Assembly (NCBI GenBank): GCA_020048635.1
Contig: JAIFMF010000116.1
Location: 1,825 to 65,824 of the forward strand
Origin: Desulfobacula sp.
GTDB taxonomy: Bacteria; Desulfobacterota; Desulfobacteria; Desulfobacterales; Desulfobacteraceae
DNA length: 64,000 bases
Direction: 5' to 3'
Shown here: piece by piece, positions 30,962-40,611 of the stretch
How the letters are laid out: every line of letters starts with the position of its first letter
Numbering within the stretch: the first letter of the stretch is position 1
Program-made: the position numbers and the translations under genes
The notes under the pieces: model-generated
Told to the model about the DNA's origin: nothing
Seen by the model: the letters and a program-made list of their open reading frames with translations, nothing else
The model's database searches: none

Positions 30962-32780
30962 TCTTGCCATGACGGCATTCTTTGTGTTTTGTCTCGTCCT
31001 TATCCCGCGGATTCTTCCCAACGCCTACTGGCAGAGCATTTTTTCCATTACCGGGGTTTATGTGATGCTGTCCCTGGGCCTCAATATTGTGGCCGGGTTT
31101 ACCGGTCTTCTGGATCTGGCCTATATTGCCTTTTTCGGCATTGGCGGATATACCTTTGCCTTTCTTTGCTCTAATCATTTTGGTATTCATTTGCCCTTTC
31201 TTCTGGCATTGCCGGTTTGCGCCCTGGTTGCCATGATATCGGGATTTCTTCTCGGCCTCACCAGCATCCGTTTGAAAGGGGATTATCTGGCCATTGTCAC
31301 CCTGGCCTTTGCCCAGATTTTCAAACTTTTGCTCCTGAATCTGGATGCTCCGGTGAATATTACCGGCGGTGTGAATGGGATTTATGCCTTTGATACGGCA
31401 AAAATATTTTCTTTTAAAATTTCAAGTCCTGAAAATTATTCCACATGGATCTGGGCCTGTGCGCTTTTCGTTTTTGTTATTTCTTTCAGACTGAAGGATT
31501 CCAGGATCGGCAGAGGGTGGAATGCCATCCGGGAAGATGAGCTGGCCGCCAATGCCATTGGCATCAACGTCACCCGGATGAAGCTTTTTTCCTTTGCAAC
31601 CGGTGCCATGATTGCCGGGTTTGCCGGTGGGGTCTTTGCCTCTTTCCAGGGCTCTGTTTTCCCCAATAATTTTGATTTCCAGCAATTGGTCATTGTCTAC
31701 TGCATGGTTATCATCGGCGGGCTCGGTAATATTTATGGGGTCGTGGCCGGTGCCATAGTGCTCAGCGTGCTCCCTGAAGCGCTGCGGGAATATGGGGGGT
31801 TGCGGATGATGATTTACGGGGCTGCCTTAGTCGCCATCATGGCCTTAAGACCTCAGGGCCTTTTTTCCGGAATTCCCGGTTTTTCAAAACTTATGCGGCG
31901 GCCGGATAAGGATGAAACCGGAGAGCTTCGGGCATCAACGGATCTTTATTATTCGCTGGAAACGGATGACGGCAACCGCAAAACATTTACCAGGGAAGAT
32001 TTGCCTATTTTAAACATCCAAAATCTTTCTCTGAATTTCGGGGGTGTGAAAGCCATAGACGATCTGGACCTCACCCTCCATAAAAACGAAATTCTGAGTA
32101 TTATCGGTCCTAATGGTGCCGGAAAAAGTACGCTTTTTAACGTCATTTCAGGAATTTATAAAGGCGATAAAGGGAGCGTGACCTACAGGGATCACGATAT
32201 TTCATATTTCAAACCCCATGAGGTGGTAAGGTTGGGTATTGCCCGGACCTTTCAGAATCTGAGACTCTTTAACGAACTTTCCGTTCTTGAAAATGTAAAA
32301 ATCAGCCGGTTCTGCCGGACAAAGGCGTTTTTCTTTTCAATACTTCTGAATTTGAAGCTTAACAGAAAAGAAGAAGCTGAAACCGATAAAACCGTAAAAC
32401 AAATTCTCAATATGTTCGGCAAACGACTCACCGGATACCGGTTTGATCAGAAGGTGAAAGAACTTTCCTATGCTAACCGGCGGCGGGTTGAAATTGCAAG
32501 GGCCATGGCCACAGACCCTGAAATTTTACTCCTGGATGAGCCGTCCGCAGGCATGAATCCTCAGGAAACCATTGAAATGACGGATTTTATAAAAGAATTA
32601 CGAGATAAATTCGGATATACCATCCTGGTGATCGAGCATAAATTAAACCTGGTCAAGGCGGTTTCTGATCACGTTCTGGTCATGGACTTTGGAAAAAAAA
32701 TCTGTGAAGGCTCCTATGAGACGGTTTCAAAAAATCCGGACGTCATCGCTGCCTATCTCGGGAAAAAGGGTAAAAAGTGA
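30948..32780 (+). CDS. Fused LivM permease and LivG ATP-binding protein
   Basis: LGLNIVAGFTGLLDL, LKGDYLAIVTLAF, SRIGRGWNAIREDE, then GPNGAGKST, LSYANRRRVEIARA, LDEP, IEH; GTG start at 30948. Confidence 0.9.
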   Translation: MKRSDLAMTAFFVFCLVLIPRILPNAYWQSIFSITGVYVMLSLGLNIVAGFTGLLDLAYIAFFGIGGYTFAFLCSNHFGIHLPFLLALPVCALVAMISGFLLGLTSIRLKGDYLAIVTLAFAQIFKLLLLNLDAPVNITGGVNGIYAFDTAKIFSFKISSPENYSTWIWACALFVFVISFRLKDSRIGRGWNAIREDELAANAIGINVTRMKLFSFATGAMIAGFAGGVFASFQGSVFPNNFDFQQLVIVYCMVIIGGLGNIYGVVAGAIVLSVLPEALREYGGLRMMIYGAALVAIMALRPQGLFSGIPGFSKLMRRPDKDETGELRASTDLYYSLETDDGNRKTFTREDLPILNIQNLSLNFGGVKAIDDLDLTLHKNEILSIIGPNGAGKSTLFNVISGIYKGDKGSVTYRDHDISYFKPHEVVRLGIARTFQNLRLFNELSVLENVKISRFCRTKAFFFSILLNLKLNRKEEAETDKTVKQILNMFGKRLTGYRFDQKVKELSYANRRRVEIARAMATDPEILLLDEPSAGMNPQETIEMTDFIKELRDKFGYTILVIEHKLNLVKAVSDHVLVMDFGKKICEGSYETVSKNPDVIAAYLGKKGKK

Positions 32781-33502
32781 ACGCAGAAACCGTACTTGAA
32801 CTTAAAAATGTAAATGCCTGCTATGGGAAAATCCAGGTGCTTTACAATATCAACATGACCATCAAAAAAGGGGAACTCATCTGTCTTCTGGGCGGCAATG
32901 CGTCCGGCAAATCCACTACCCTGAAAACCATTCTCGGCATTGTCAAACCCAGCGAAGGTGCGGTTTTCCTGAATGGTGAAAACATCAATAAACGACCCAC
33001 CGATTATATCATCCGGAACGGTGTGTCCATTGTTCCTGAAAACCGGAGGATCTTTCCCCGGATGACGGTGCTTGAAAATCTTGAAATCGGGGCCATGCAC
33101 AGAAAGGACAGGGGGCAGGTGAAACAGGATATTGAATCCATGTTTGAACTTTTTCCAATACTTGAAAAGAGAATCAACCGGCAGGGCATGGTCCTGTCCG
33201 GCGGAGAGCAGCAGATGCTGGCCATGGCGCGGGCGCTCTTGTCAAACCCGGCTGTTCTTCTCATGGATGAACCATCCATGGGGCTTTCTCCTGCCCTGGT
33301 GGATCAGCAGTTCGAACTCATCGAAAACATCAATAAAAAAGGAACCACCATCCTCATGGTGGAACAGAACGCCACCATGGCCCTGTCCATTGCAGACCGG
33401 GGCTATGTGCTTCAGACTGGGGAAATTGTTCTCTCAGATGATGCAAAAGCGCTTTTAGACCATCCCGGTATGCAGAAAGCCTATCTTGGCGGCGAATTAT
33501 AA
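32777..33502 (+). CDS. livF: LivF-type ABC ATP-binding protein
   Basis: GGNASGKST, VPENRRIFPRMTVLENL, LSGGEQQMLAMARAL, VEQNA. Confidence 0.92.
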   Translation: MNAETVLELKNVNACYGKIQVLYNINMTIKKGELICLLGGNASGKSTTLKTILGIVKPSEGAVFLNGENINKRPTDYIIRNGVSIVPENRRIFPRMTVLENLEIGAMHRKDRGQVKQDIESMFELFPILEKRINRQGMVLSGGEQQMLAMARALLSNPAVLLMDEPSMGLSPALVDQQFELIENINKKGTTILMVEQNATMALSIADRGYVLQTGEIVLSDDAKALLDHPGMQKAYLGGEL

Positions 33503-33511
33503 GGGGTTTGT

Positions 33512-33790
33512 ATGTACAGATTAAAAATCACTGTTGAACGGATCGAAGGGTATTGTAACCAGCCCATGCTGGTGGGGGATCATTTTTTTATCGACGGTGG
33601 AAAAATCAGAATCCCGGACGGAAAACATATCTGCATGTGGGCGCTCCAGAGCATGATGCCGGTGCTGCCGCTCATGCAGCGCGAAAGCGGGATCAAGGGC
33701 GACTGGACCGCAAGAGAATCCGGTCAGGTCTTTGTCTGCCCGGATCCCAAGGGAAGGGTTCATTATAAGATTGAAAGGATAAAAGACTGA
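33512..33790 (+). CDS. Small Cys-containing protein, TIGR04076 family
   Basis: ITVERIEGYC...VGD.F, ICMWAL.S..P, CPDP. Confidence 0.8.
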   Translation: MYRLKITVERIEGYCNQPMLVGDHFFIDGGKIRIPDGKHICMWALQSMMPVLPLMQRESGIKGDWTARESGQVFVCPDPKGRVHYKIERIKD

Positions 33791-34317
33791 TGCTCATCAT
33801 TGATTCATATAAATGTTCCGGGTGCAGACGCTGTGAAACCCATTGCTCTTTTTTTCATTCAGGAAAGACCGGGCATCTCGGGGCCCGGATAAAGGTTGAG
33901 AAAATTGAAATTCTGGGGGTGGATGTCCCGGTGGTCTGTCACCAGTGCCGGGAACATTATTGCACCAGATGTCCCCAGAACGCCATATCCATAACTGATC
34001 GGGGCAGTATTGAAGTGTCCCCGACCCTGTGCGATCTCTGCGGGGCCTGTGAAGCCCTCTGCCCCATCGGTGCCATAGAGATTTACAATGGCATTCCCTA
34101 TGTCTGTGATCTTTGCGGCGGGAACCCAAGATGCATCGATGCCTGCGAAATGGGGGCCATATCTTTGGATTTGAGCATCAAACAGACAGTCTCCCTTGAG
34201 GATATGAAAAAGAAAACAAAAAAAATGAGTCCTTCCCAGAAAAGATGTGCTTATGCCGAAAAGATCGGTCAGAAAATGCGGGAAACATGGCTCAAGGACA
34301 GGAGGGAATCATGTTGA
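33790..34317 (+). CDS. 4Fe-4S dicluster electron-transfer subunit (AOR small subunit-like)
   Basis: CSGCRRCETHC, CHQCREHYC..CP, CDLCGACEALCP, CDLCGGNPRC..AC. Confidence 0.9.
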   Translation: MLIIDSYKCSGCRRCETHCSFFHSGKTGHLGARIKVEKIEILGVDVPVVCHQCREHYCTRCPQNAISITDRGSIEVSPTLCDLCGACEALCPIGAIEIYNGIPYVCDLCGGNPRCIDACEMGAISLDLSIKQTVSLEDMKKKTKKMSPSQKRCAYAEKIGQKMRETWLKDRRESC

Positions 34318-36122
34318 ACGGTTACGGCGGACACATCTTAAGGGTGGATCTTTCCTCAGGCAGGATTAACCGTGAAAAAACCGATCCAAAATATATGCTG
34401 GACGTCATCGGTGGCCGGGGGATGAATTCCCGCAGGCTCTTTGATGAACTGAAACGGGATATTGACCCGCTTTTGGAAGAAAACATGCTCCTCATCGGTG
34501 TGGGTCCCGTTACAGGCTCCTTGTTCTCGACCTCTGCCTATATGACCATATCTGGCAAATCCCCCATGACCGGGATTCTCGGGGATTCAGCAGCGGGAGG
34601 GTTTTTTGGCCCTGAAATCAAATATGCCGGATATGATCAGCTCATTTTTACCGGCAAAGCTCAAACGCTATGCTATGTCTATATCTGTGACGATCATGTG
34701 GAGATCCGGGATGCCGGGCATCTGAAGGGATGGGATATTTTTGAGACCACGGCCGCCATTAGAAAGGAACTCAGTGACAACAGTCTTCAGGTCGCAGCCA
34801 TCGGTCCTGCCGGGGAAAATCTTGTCCGGTTTGCCACCGTGGCCTGCAATAACTCCCGGATGTGCGGAAGGACGGGCATGGGATGCCTCTTCGGCTCAAA
34901 AAATCTGAAAGCCGTCGTGGTCAAGGGAACCGGCATGGTCACCGCAGCAGATCCTCTGAAATTCATGGAACTCTGCAAAATTATTGATCAGCGCATTATG
35001 TCACACCCGGAATTTCAGGACCGCCATGATATGGGGTCCACGCTTTTGATGAAGGCCCTGAACGGCCTTGGCATCCTGCCGGTGAACCATTTCCAGAAAG
35101 GAATGGCTGATTATGTGGACAAGATCAGCGGTCAGACCCTGGCAAAACAGTACAAGGTCAAGAACAAGGGCTGTTTTAACTGCAATATCAATTGTTCCCG
35201 GTATTATATCACTCCGGAGGTGGAGAGCGAGGGTCCGGAATATGAAACCCTGTGCAGTTTTTCTTCACGGATCGGCAGCGACAACCTTGAATTTGCCCTG
35301 AAAATGAACCAGTATCTGAACCGCATGGGGTTGGATTCCCTTTCCACCGGAGAAACCATTGGCTGGGCCATGGAATGTGTTGAAAAGGGGATATTTGATA
35401 AAACCGATTTTGATGGCCTTGACTTTACCTGGGGCAACATCAAAACCATTCAAAAAATAGTGGATCTCATCATCAAACAGGAAGGGATCGGTGCTGAATT
35501 TGCAAAAGGCACCCGGCACCTGGCAGCCCTCATGGGAAAAGGATCTGAAAAATATGCCCTGCATGTTAAAGGGCTGGATGTCATCTGTGGTGATCCCCGT
35601 GGCATCAAGGCCTTCGGTCTTACCTATGCCATTGCCTCCCGGGGTGCCGATCACTTAAGGGCTGAACCCTTTTTCGAGCTGACCAACCGGTTTGACGAAG
35701 CTGAAAAACGATTCGGCATGCGGGATGTGGCAGACCGACTGTCCAACAACGGGAAAGCCGTGCTGGTGGAATTTACCGAACGTCAGGCCCTTTTAACCGA
35801 TTGTCTGACCATGTGCAAGAATGTGGGTCTGAGTATGGATGTACTGGATTTTGAACTGGCTGCAGACCTCCTGAAGGCTGGGACAGGTCTGAAATTTACA
35901 GAAGATACGGTGAATAAATCCCTGCGAACCACCATCAACAACGACCGTTGGATGAATATCGACTTTGGCATCACGCCGGAACAAGATACCTTGCCGTACC
36001 GGTTTACCCATGAACCCTTATTGGAAGGAGAGTCCAAGGGGCAGGTGGTGCCGGTTCACGACATGGTGAAAGACTATTATAAAATCAAAGGCTGGGATGA
36101 AAACGGAGTGCCGCAAGAATGA
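34311..36122 (+). CDS. aor: Aldehyde:ferredoxin oxidoreductase family (W-pterin) enzyme
   Basis: GRTGMGCLFGSKNLKAV, CFNCNINC, EGPEYETL, GLDSLSTG, SRGADHL, YYKIKGWDENGVP; ATG 34311 has a GGAGGG RBS. Confidence 0.9.
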   Translation: MLNGYGGHILRVDLSSGRINREKTDPKYMLDVIGGRGMNSRRLFDELKRDIDPLLEENMLLIGVGPVTGSLFSTSAYMTISGKSPMTGILGDSAAGGFFGPEIKYAGYDQLIFTGKAQTLCYVYICDDHVEIRDAGHLKGWDIFETTAAIRKELSDNSLQVAAIGPAGENLVRFATVACNNSRMCGRTGMGCLFGSKNLKAVVVKGTGMVTAADPLKFMELCKIIDQRIMSHPEFQDRHDMGSTLLMKALNGLGILPVNHFQKGMADYVDKISGQTLAKQYKVKNKGCFNCNINCSRYYITPEVESEGPEYETLCSFSSRIGSDNLEFALKMNQYLNRMGLDSLSTGETIGWAMECVEKGIFDKTDFDGLDFTWGNIKTIQKIVDLIIKQEGIGAEFAKGTRHLAALMGKGSEKYALHVKGLDVICGDPRGIKAFGLTYAIASRGADHLRAEPFFELTNRFDEAEKRFGMRDVADRLSNNGKAVLVEFTERQALLTDCLTMCKNVGLSMDVLDFELAADLLKAGTGLKFTEDTVNKSLRTTINNDRWMNIDFGITPEQDTLPYRFTHEPLLEGESKGQVVPVHDMVKDYYKIKGWDENGVPQE

Positions 36123-36847
36123 TGACAGAGAAAATATCCGGCGGGCGAACCACCTATGGCCATATTGTGGGAATCCTCATGACCGATTCCCAGAGTCCGA
36201 GAATCCCCGGTGATCCGGGCCATGCTGAAACCTTTTCTTTTCCTGTGATTTATGAGGTGTTGAAAGGTTTTCCTTTTGATGATCTTATCACCATTAAAAA
36301 AGGCCACATGGACATCCTTCTGAATCGGGCCAAGGCGCTTGAGGACAAAGGGGTGAGCCTCATCGTTGCAGATTGCGGGCTTTTCGGTCCCTTTCAGGAG
36401 GATATGAAGAAACATCTTCACGTCCCGTTTATCGGTTCCGCTCTGGATATGGTTCCCTTTTTGAATCGGTTTCTACCGCCGGATCGAAAAGTGGGCATTA
36501 TAACAGGGGATACGAGACTTTTGAAGCCAGCTCATTTTGAGGCTTCTGGTATTGACTTGGAAACAATTTGTATAGCAGGCATGGACAACAGCTCAGAGTT
36601 TAAAAAGGTTGTCATTGATCGATCACCGGAGCTGAATATTGAAAAGATGCGACAGGGGGTGGTGGATGCCGCTTTAACTTTGTCCTCCAATCACCTTGGC
36701 GCCGTAGTTTTGGAATGCACCAATCTCATCTCTTTCCGGGCAGAGGTCCAGAAAGCCTTAAAAGTTCCGGTTTTTGATCTGGTATCACTGATTGAATTTT
36801 ATGTTTCAGGTTTAAGACTTGCGCCTTTCCATACCACCTTTATATAA
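36119..36847 (+). CDS. Asp/Glu/hydantoin racemase superfamily protein
   Basis: GILM..RIPGD.GH..TF.FPV; both catalytic-type Cys present (ADCG, LECTNL). Confidence 0.8.
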   Translation: MMTEKISGGRTTYGHIVGILMTDSQSPRIPGDPGHAETFSFPVIYEVLKGFPFDDLITIKKGHMDILLNRAKALEDKGVSLIVADCGLFGPFQEDMKKHLHVPFIGSALDMVPFLNRFLPPDRKVGIITGDTRLLKPAHFEASGIDLETICIAGMDNSSEFKKVVIDRSPELNIEKMRQGVVDAALTLSSNHLGAVVLECTNLISFRAEVQKALKVPVFDLVSLIEFYVSGLRLAPFHTTFI

Positions 36848-36863
36848 AAGAATCGGGTGATGG

Positions 36864-37643
36864 TTATTTCTCCTGCCAGACCGGAATTCGTTTTTCAAAA
36901 AATGCCTTGACGCCTTCCTTTGCATCATCCGTGGTGCAAAGGCGGGCAAAGGCTTCATTCATAAAGGCAAACCGGTCTCCATAACTCATGTCCTCCGATT
37001 GATAAAAAGCTGATTTGGCAATCTGTAAGGCAACAGGGCTTTTTAGCGCCAGTTCTTTTGCCCATTCCATGGCCTTTGCATCCAGTTCATTTTTGGGTAC
37101 GATCTTATTGATCAGGCCAAGGGATAGGGCTTCTTCAGCCTTGATGAGATTGCCGCAGAGCAGAAGTTCCAGCGCTTTTTTTCGTCCCACACATCTTGCC
37201 ACGGCAACAACAGGTCCGACGCAGTTAAGCCCCACATTGATGGCAGTCAACCCCATCTTGGCATTGTCTGCGGCAATGACGAGATCGGCAGCGGCAATGA
37301 GCCCCATGCCGTTGGCTGCGGCAACCCCTTGAAGCTGTGCAATGACCGGGGTCTTGATTTTGGAAATGGTGACCAGAGGGGCTTCCATATGCTCGATCCA
37401 TTTCTGGTATTCAACAGGGGTTTTCCCCTCCAGTTCATTCACATCAATCCCGGCGCAAAAGGCTTTACCCGCTCCTTTTAAAAGTATGACCCGAACCGAC
37501 GGATCGGCATCCAGTTCGCACAACGCCTGTTTAAGTTCTGAGGCCATTTGACTGCTGAAGGTGTTCATGCTGTCCGGACGGTTCAAGGTCAGGGTGGCGA
37601 TATATCTTTCCTTTGTTTCAATGATCACCTGTTCAAATTTCAT
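36864..37643 (-). CDS. Enoyl-CoA hydratase/isomerase (crotonase) family protein
   Basis: TLNRPDSMN, GKAFCAGID, AEEALSLGLINKIV, DAKEGVKAFFEKR; lacks the two canonical catalytic Glu (AAANG, TAINVG). Confidence 0.9.
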   Translation of the reverse strand: MKFEQVIIETKERYIATLTLNRPDSMNTFSSQMASELKQALCELDADPSVRVILLKGAGKAFCAGIDVNELEGKTPVEYQKWIEHMEAPLVTISKIKTPVIAQLQGVAAANGMGLIAAADLVIAADNAKMGLTAINVGLNCVGPVVAVARCVGRKKALELLLCGNLIKAEEALSLGLINKIVPKNELDAKAMEWAKELALKSPVALQIAKSAFYQSEDMSYGDRFAFMNEAFARLCTTDDAKEGVKAFFEKRIPVWQEK

Positions 37644-37726
37644 GATGGAGGGTCTCCTTTCGCAAAATTGTTTTTTTTACGCTGATTATTTCAGATAATG
37701 AAGGGAAAGAAAACAGGTTTTTATTC

Positions 37727-38026
37727 TTATCTCTTTTTCCAGACCGGGCAGAGTATTTCCCTATCCAGTCGGATATGCATTTTTTTTAGGGTTTCAGGGA
37801 TGGCCAGAACCGATGTCCCGGAAAAGCCCATGGCATGATACCGGTTTCTGAGATATGAAAAATCGGCATTTTGAAGAAAATAGGTTAAGGCCTCTATCTG
37901 TTGTTCCATGAGGATTTTATTTTTTTCAGAGGAATCGGTTTTAAAATACTGTTGAATCAGACGTTCATATTCTTTTTTGGAAGCTGTTTCAATGCATTGC
38001 CGGCTTGTGTTCAGGGTGATTTCCAT
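37727..38026 (-). CDS. Hypothetical protein
   Basis: 99-aa ORF codirectional with its neighbours, 14 bp from the upstream gene; no recognised motif. Confidence 0.6.
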   Translation of the reverse strand: MEITLNTSRQCIETASKKEYERLIQQYFKTDSSEKNKILMEQQIEALTYFLQNADFSYLRNRYHAMGFSGTSVLAIPETLKKMHIRLDREILCPVWKKR

Positions 38027-38040
38027 AAGAAAGGCCGGGG

Positions 38041-38562
38041 TTACAGTTTTTCAAATTTACCGGGATATTCCCGGGCAAGGTCCACATAAAGCTGTTTTCC
38101 ATAGGTCCAGAAATCCTTGTGCCGCTTTTCAACATCACCTATAATTCCAAAGGGCACACCGCCTGCAATTTTTTCGTCCGGAACAATGGATTTCTGGGGG
38201 ATGACACAGCCTTCCGCCACAATGGCCCAGGAGCCGATGATCACATCAAAGCCGATGACGGAGCCGATTCCGATAACGGCATGGGATTTGATGGTCCTGC
38301 CGTGGATAATGGCCCCGTGACCGACAGTGACAAGGTCCTCGATTTCAAGAATACCATCGGGCCTGATGTGGAGAATGGCATTCTCTTCTATAGCGGTTCC
38401 GTCTCCAATGATGATCTTGCCATAATCCCCCCTGACAATTGCCCCATGACCAATGTAACAGTTGTCACTTATGGTTACATCACCAATGACCCTTGCAGAA
38501 TCGCTGATATATGAGTTATTTCCGATTTTTGGAATTTTTTCCCCATAACGGTATACGGCCAT
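38041..38562 (-). CDS. Gamma-carbonic-anhydrase-like hexapeptide repeat protein
   Basis: ARVIGDV.I, VRGDYG.I.IG, TVGHGAIIHG, hexapeptide repeats. Confidence 0.9.
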   Translation of the reverse strand: MAVYRYGEKIPKIGNNSYISDSARVIGDVTISDNCYIGHGAIVRGDYGKIIIGDGTAIEENAILHIRPDGILEIEDLVTVGHGAIIHGRTIKSHAVIGIGSVIGFDVIIGSWAIVAEGCVIPQKSIVPDEKIAGGVPFGIIGDVEKRHKDFWTYGKQLYVDLAREYPGKFEKL

Positions 38563-38582
38563 GTTTATCCTATTTGATTCCC

Positions 38583-39098
38583 TTAATCGGCAAGGTTTTT
38601 ATAATTGCTTAATATAATTTTCAATTGGCTTTTAATATAGTCACAGGCGGATTCGGCTGTTTGAAGGGTCATGGTTGGAATGTCGGAAGAAAGCGTTTCT
38701 ATTTTCCGATCTTCCAGGCCGGTTATTTTGTTGATGGCAAACACGTCCACCTCACCCTCATCCGGAAGAAGGCCGCATCCGCCGATGACACCCAGAAATT
38801 CATCATTATAAAAAATGGGCACCACCAGCTTGAGAAGACCGGCGTCACATTCTTCAATCACCGGTTTTTTACTTTGTCTGGCCTGGTTTGACAAATTTAT
38901 ATGGGCCACGGCACAGATAAAACTCTGTCCCTTATCAATAGATTTAATCACCGGGCATAATGAATTTGACCAGTTTTTGCTGCTGGTGATCCGTATGCCG
39001 TCTTTGTTAAAGACGGAACTTTGAAGTTGATAGGTGTTAACCAGGTCTGATTCAAGGTCGATCCATTTTTCAATGGGAAGAAGGTCGGTTAATTGCAT
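38583..39098 (-). CDS. Stand-alone PocR ligand-binding domain protein
   Basis: NW.NSLCPVIK, FICA, EECDAGL.K.VVPIF...FLG..GGCG. Confidence 0.8.
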   Translation of the reverse strand: MQLTDLLPIEKWIDLESDLVNTYQLQSSVFNKDGIRITSSKNWSNSLCPVIKSIDKGQSFICAVAHINLSNQARQSKKPVIEECDAGLLKLVVPIFYNDEFLGVIGGCGLLPDEGEVDVFAINKITGLEDRKIETLSSDIPTMTLQTAESACDYIKSQLKIILSNYKNLAD

Positions 39099-39107
39099 TT
39101 TTTTAAT

Positions 39108-39551
39108 TCATTCCTTAGTTTTTCTTGCAAGTCCTGACATATAATTTGTTAATGCTTGCTGCACAGTCCGTGCAGCAAGAGTTGCACAATGGAGATCTTC
39201 TTCCGGCAGCCGGCCGATGGCGGCCAAAACGGTTTCTGCCGTGATATCGGACAGCTCATCCGGGTCCCGGCCCAGGGTCAGTTCGGCTGCAAAAGAGCCG
39301 CTGACCATGCTGGAAGCACATCCATCAGTAAAATAGGAGGCTTTTGAAACCCGGTTGTTTTCAAATTTTAAATATATTTCCATCATATCACCGCATTCGC
39401 CGACAACTTTGGCAAAACCGTCCGGATTGTCCATTCGTTCATTCCATTTTGGATTGCGCCACCGGTCAAAGCCTTTTTCGCCAAGGGCCTGTTTTGCATC
39501 TTCAAAGATCTGGCTTTGAAGATTATCGATAAATTCATCCAACCGGTCCAT
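39108..39551 (-). CDS. IscU/NifU-N-like Fe-S scaffold protein
   Basis: GECGD, TDGC, DLHCA: three conserved Cys; ATG at 39551. Confidence 0.85.
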   Translation of the reverse strand: MDRLDEFIDNLQSQIFEDAKQALGEKGFDRWRNPKWNERMDNPDGFAKVVGECGDMMEIYLKFENNRVSKASYFTDGCASSMVSGSFAAELTLGRDPDELSDITAETVLAAIGRLPEEDLHCATLAARTVQQALTNYMSGLARKTKE

Positions 39552-39553
39552 GG

Positions 39554-39808
39554 TTAGAACTGCTTTCCGCAGCAACTGCCGGGTCCTGCGCAGCCTTCGG
39601 CTTTTCCGGGGGATGACCCGCAACAGGCCGTATCTTTAAACCCCGGCATGGTGTTTTTAACCGGTCCCGACATAGAGGAGGGGGCCGACATCTGTTTGGT
39701 CATATTGGTACTACCGCAGGATTGGCAGCAAGGCTGATCCTTTGTCCCGAAAATGAGGATTTCCGCTACCCTGCCGCAGTCCTCACATTTAAATTCATAT
39801 AGAGGCAT
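39554..39808 (-). CDS. FmdB-family zinc-ribbon protein
   Basis: MPLYEFKCEDCG...CQSCGS; Cys-rich tail CCG...CAGPGSCCG. Confidence 0.88.
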   Translation of the reverse strand: MPLYEFKCEDCGRVAEILIFGTKDQPCCQSCGSTNMTKQMSAPSSMSGPVKNTMPGFKDTACCGSSPGKAEGCAGPGSCCGKQF

Positions 39809-39826
39809 GCCTCTCTCCTTTACTTT

Positions 39827-40186
39827 TTACCAGTGACCGTCCTTGTTGGCGCCCTCAGCATAAACAGCCCCGCCCTGTTTAAATTTCTGGATCACATCAA
39901 TGACCCTTCCGCTTTGATCGCTCACAACCTTAACACCAGCCGCATCCAGAGTTTGAAATGCATTGGGGCCGCAGAAACCGGTCAAAAGGACCTCGGCGTT
40001 TTTATCACTGACCATGGCCGCTGCCTGGATACCCGCACCCTTGAAAGCGTTTTTATTATTACCATTGTCAAAGGCTTCAAACTCAAGGGTTTCCGTATCT
40101 ACAACGAGGATGTAGGCAGCTCGTCCAAATCTTGGATCGAGCGATGAATCCAGAGTTTTCCCCTGGGCACTAACTGCTATTTTCAT
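39827..40186 (-). CDS. NifB/NifX (MTH1175-like) protein; orange protein homologue
   Basis: MKIAVSA.G..LDS.LDPRFGRAAY, GAGIQAA, LLTGFCGPNAFQTL.AAGVKV, C-terminal GANK, resembling Desulfovibrio ORP. Confidence 0.85.
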   Translation of the reverse strand: MKIAVSAQGKTLDSSLDPRFGRAAYILVVDTETLEFEAFDNGNNKNAFKGAGIQAAAMVSDKNAEVLLTGFCGPNAFQTLDAAGVKVVSDQSGRVIDVIQKFKQGGAVYAEGANKDGHW

Positions 40187-40211
40187 TTTGTTTCTCCTCT
40201 TTTAAACCGAA

Positions 40212-40598
40212 TTAGACCTGTCCGCCGCCACCGCCACAGACCTGGTCATTTTTGATTTCACTCAGTTTGCCGGCAATGAGGTCCTTTACCACAGGTTCAA
40301 TGTCAGTGCGCTGATCATCGTGATACACATCAATCCCGACCTGTCTGAAGCCCATGAGCGGCCGCATGCCGATACCGCCGACCACAAGAGCGCTGACCCG
40401 GTTTTCAGAAAGAAGATTGACCGGGACCATACAGCCGCCCTGGACATGTTCCTGGTTTTGAAGGATGGATACGTTTTTAATTTCACCATTTTCTACGTCT
40501 ACCAGGGTGAATACGTCACAATGTCCGAAATGTCCGGCCCTTGTTCCATTAAGTCCGCCCTGGCCGTTTGAAGGGATTGCAATTCTTCCGCTTTTCAT
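40212..40598 (-). CDS. NifB/NifX-family Fe-Mo cofactor-binding-domain protein
   Basis: GHFGHCD.FT, HVQGGC, VGGIGMRP, C-terminal QVCGGGG. Confidence 0.85.
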   Translation of the reverse strand: MKSGRIAIPSNGQGGLNGTRAGHFGHCDVFTLVDVENGEIKNVSILQNQEHVQGGCMVPVNLLSENRVSALVVGGIGMRPLMGFRQVGIDVYHDDQRTDIEPVVKDLIAGKLSEIKNDQVCGGGGGQV

Positions 40599-40611
40599 AA
40601 TTTTATTACTC

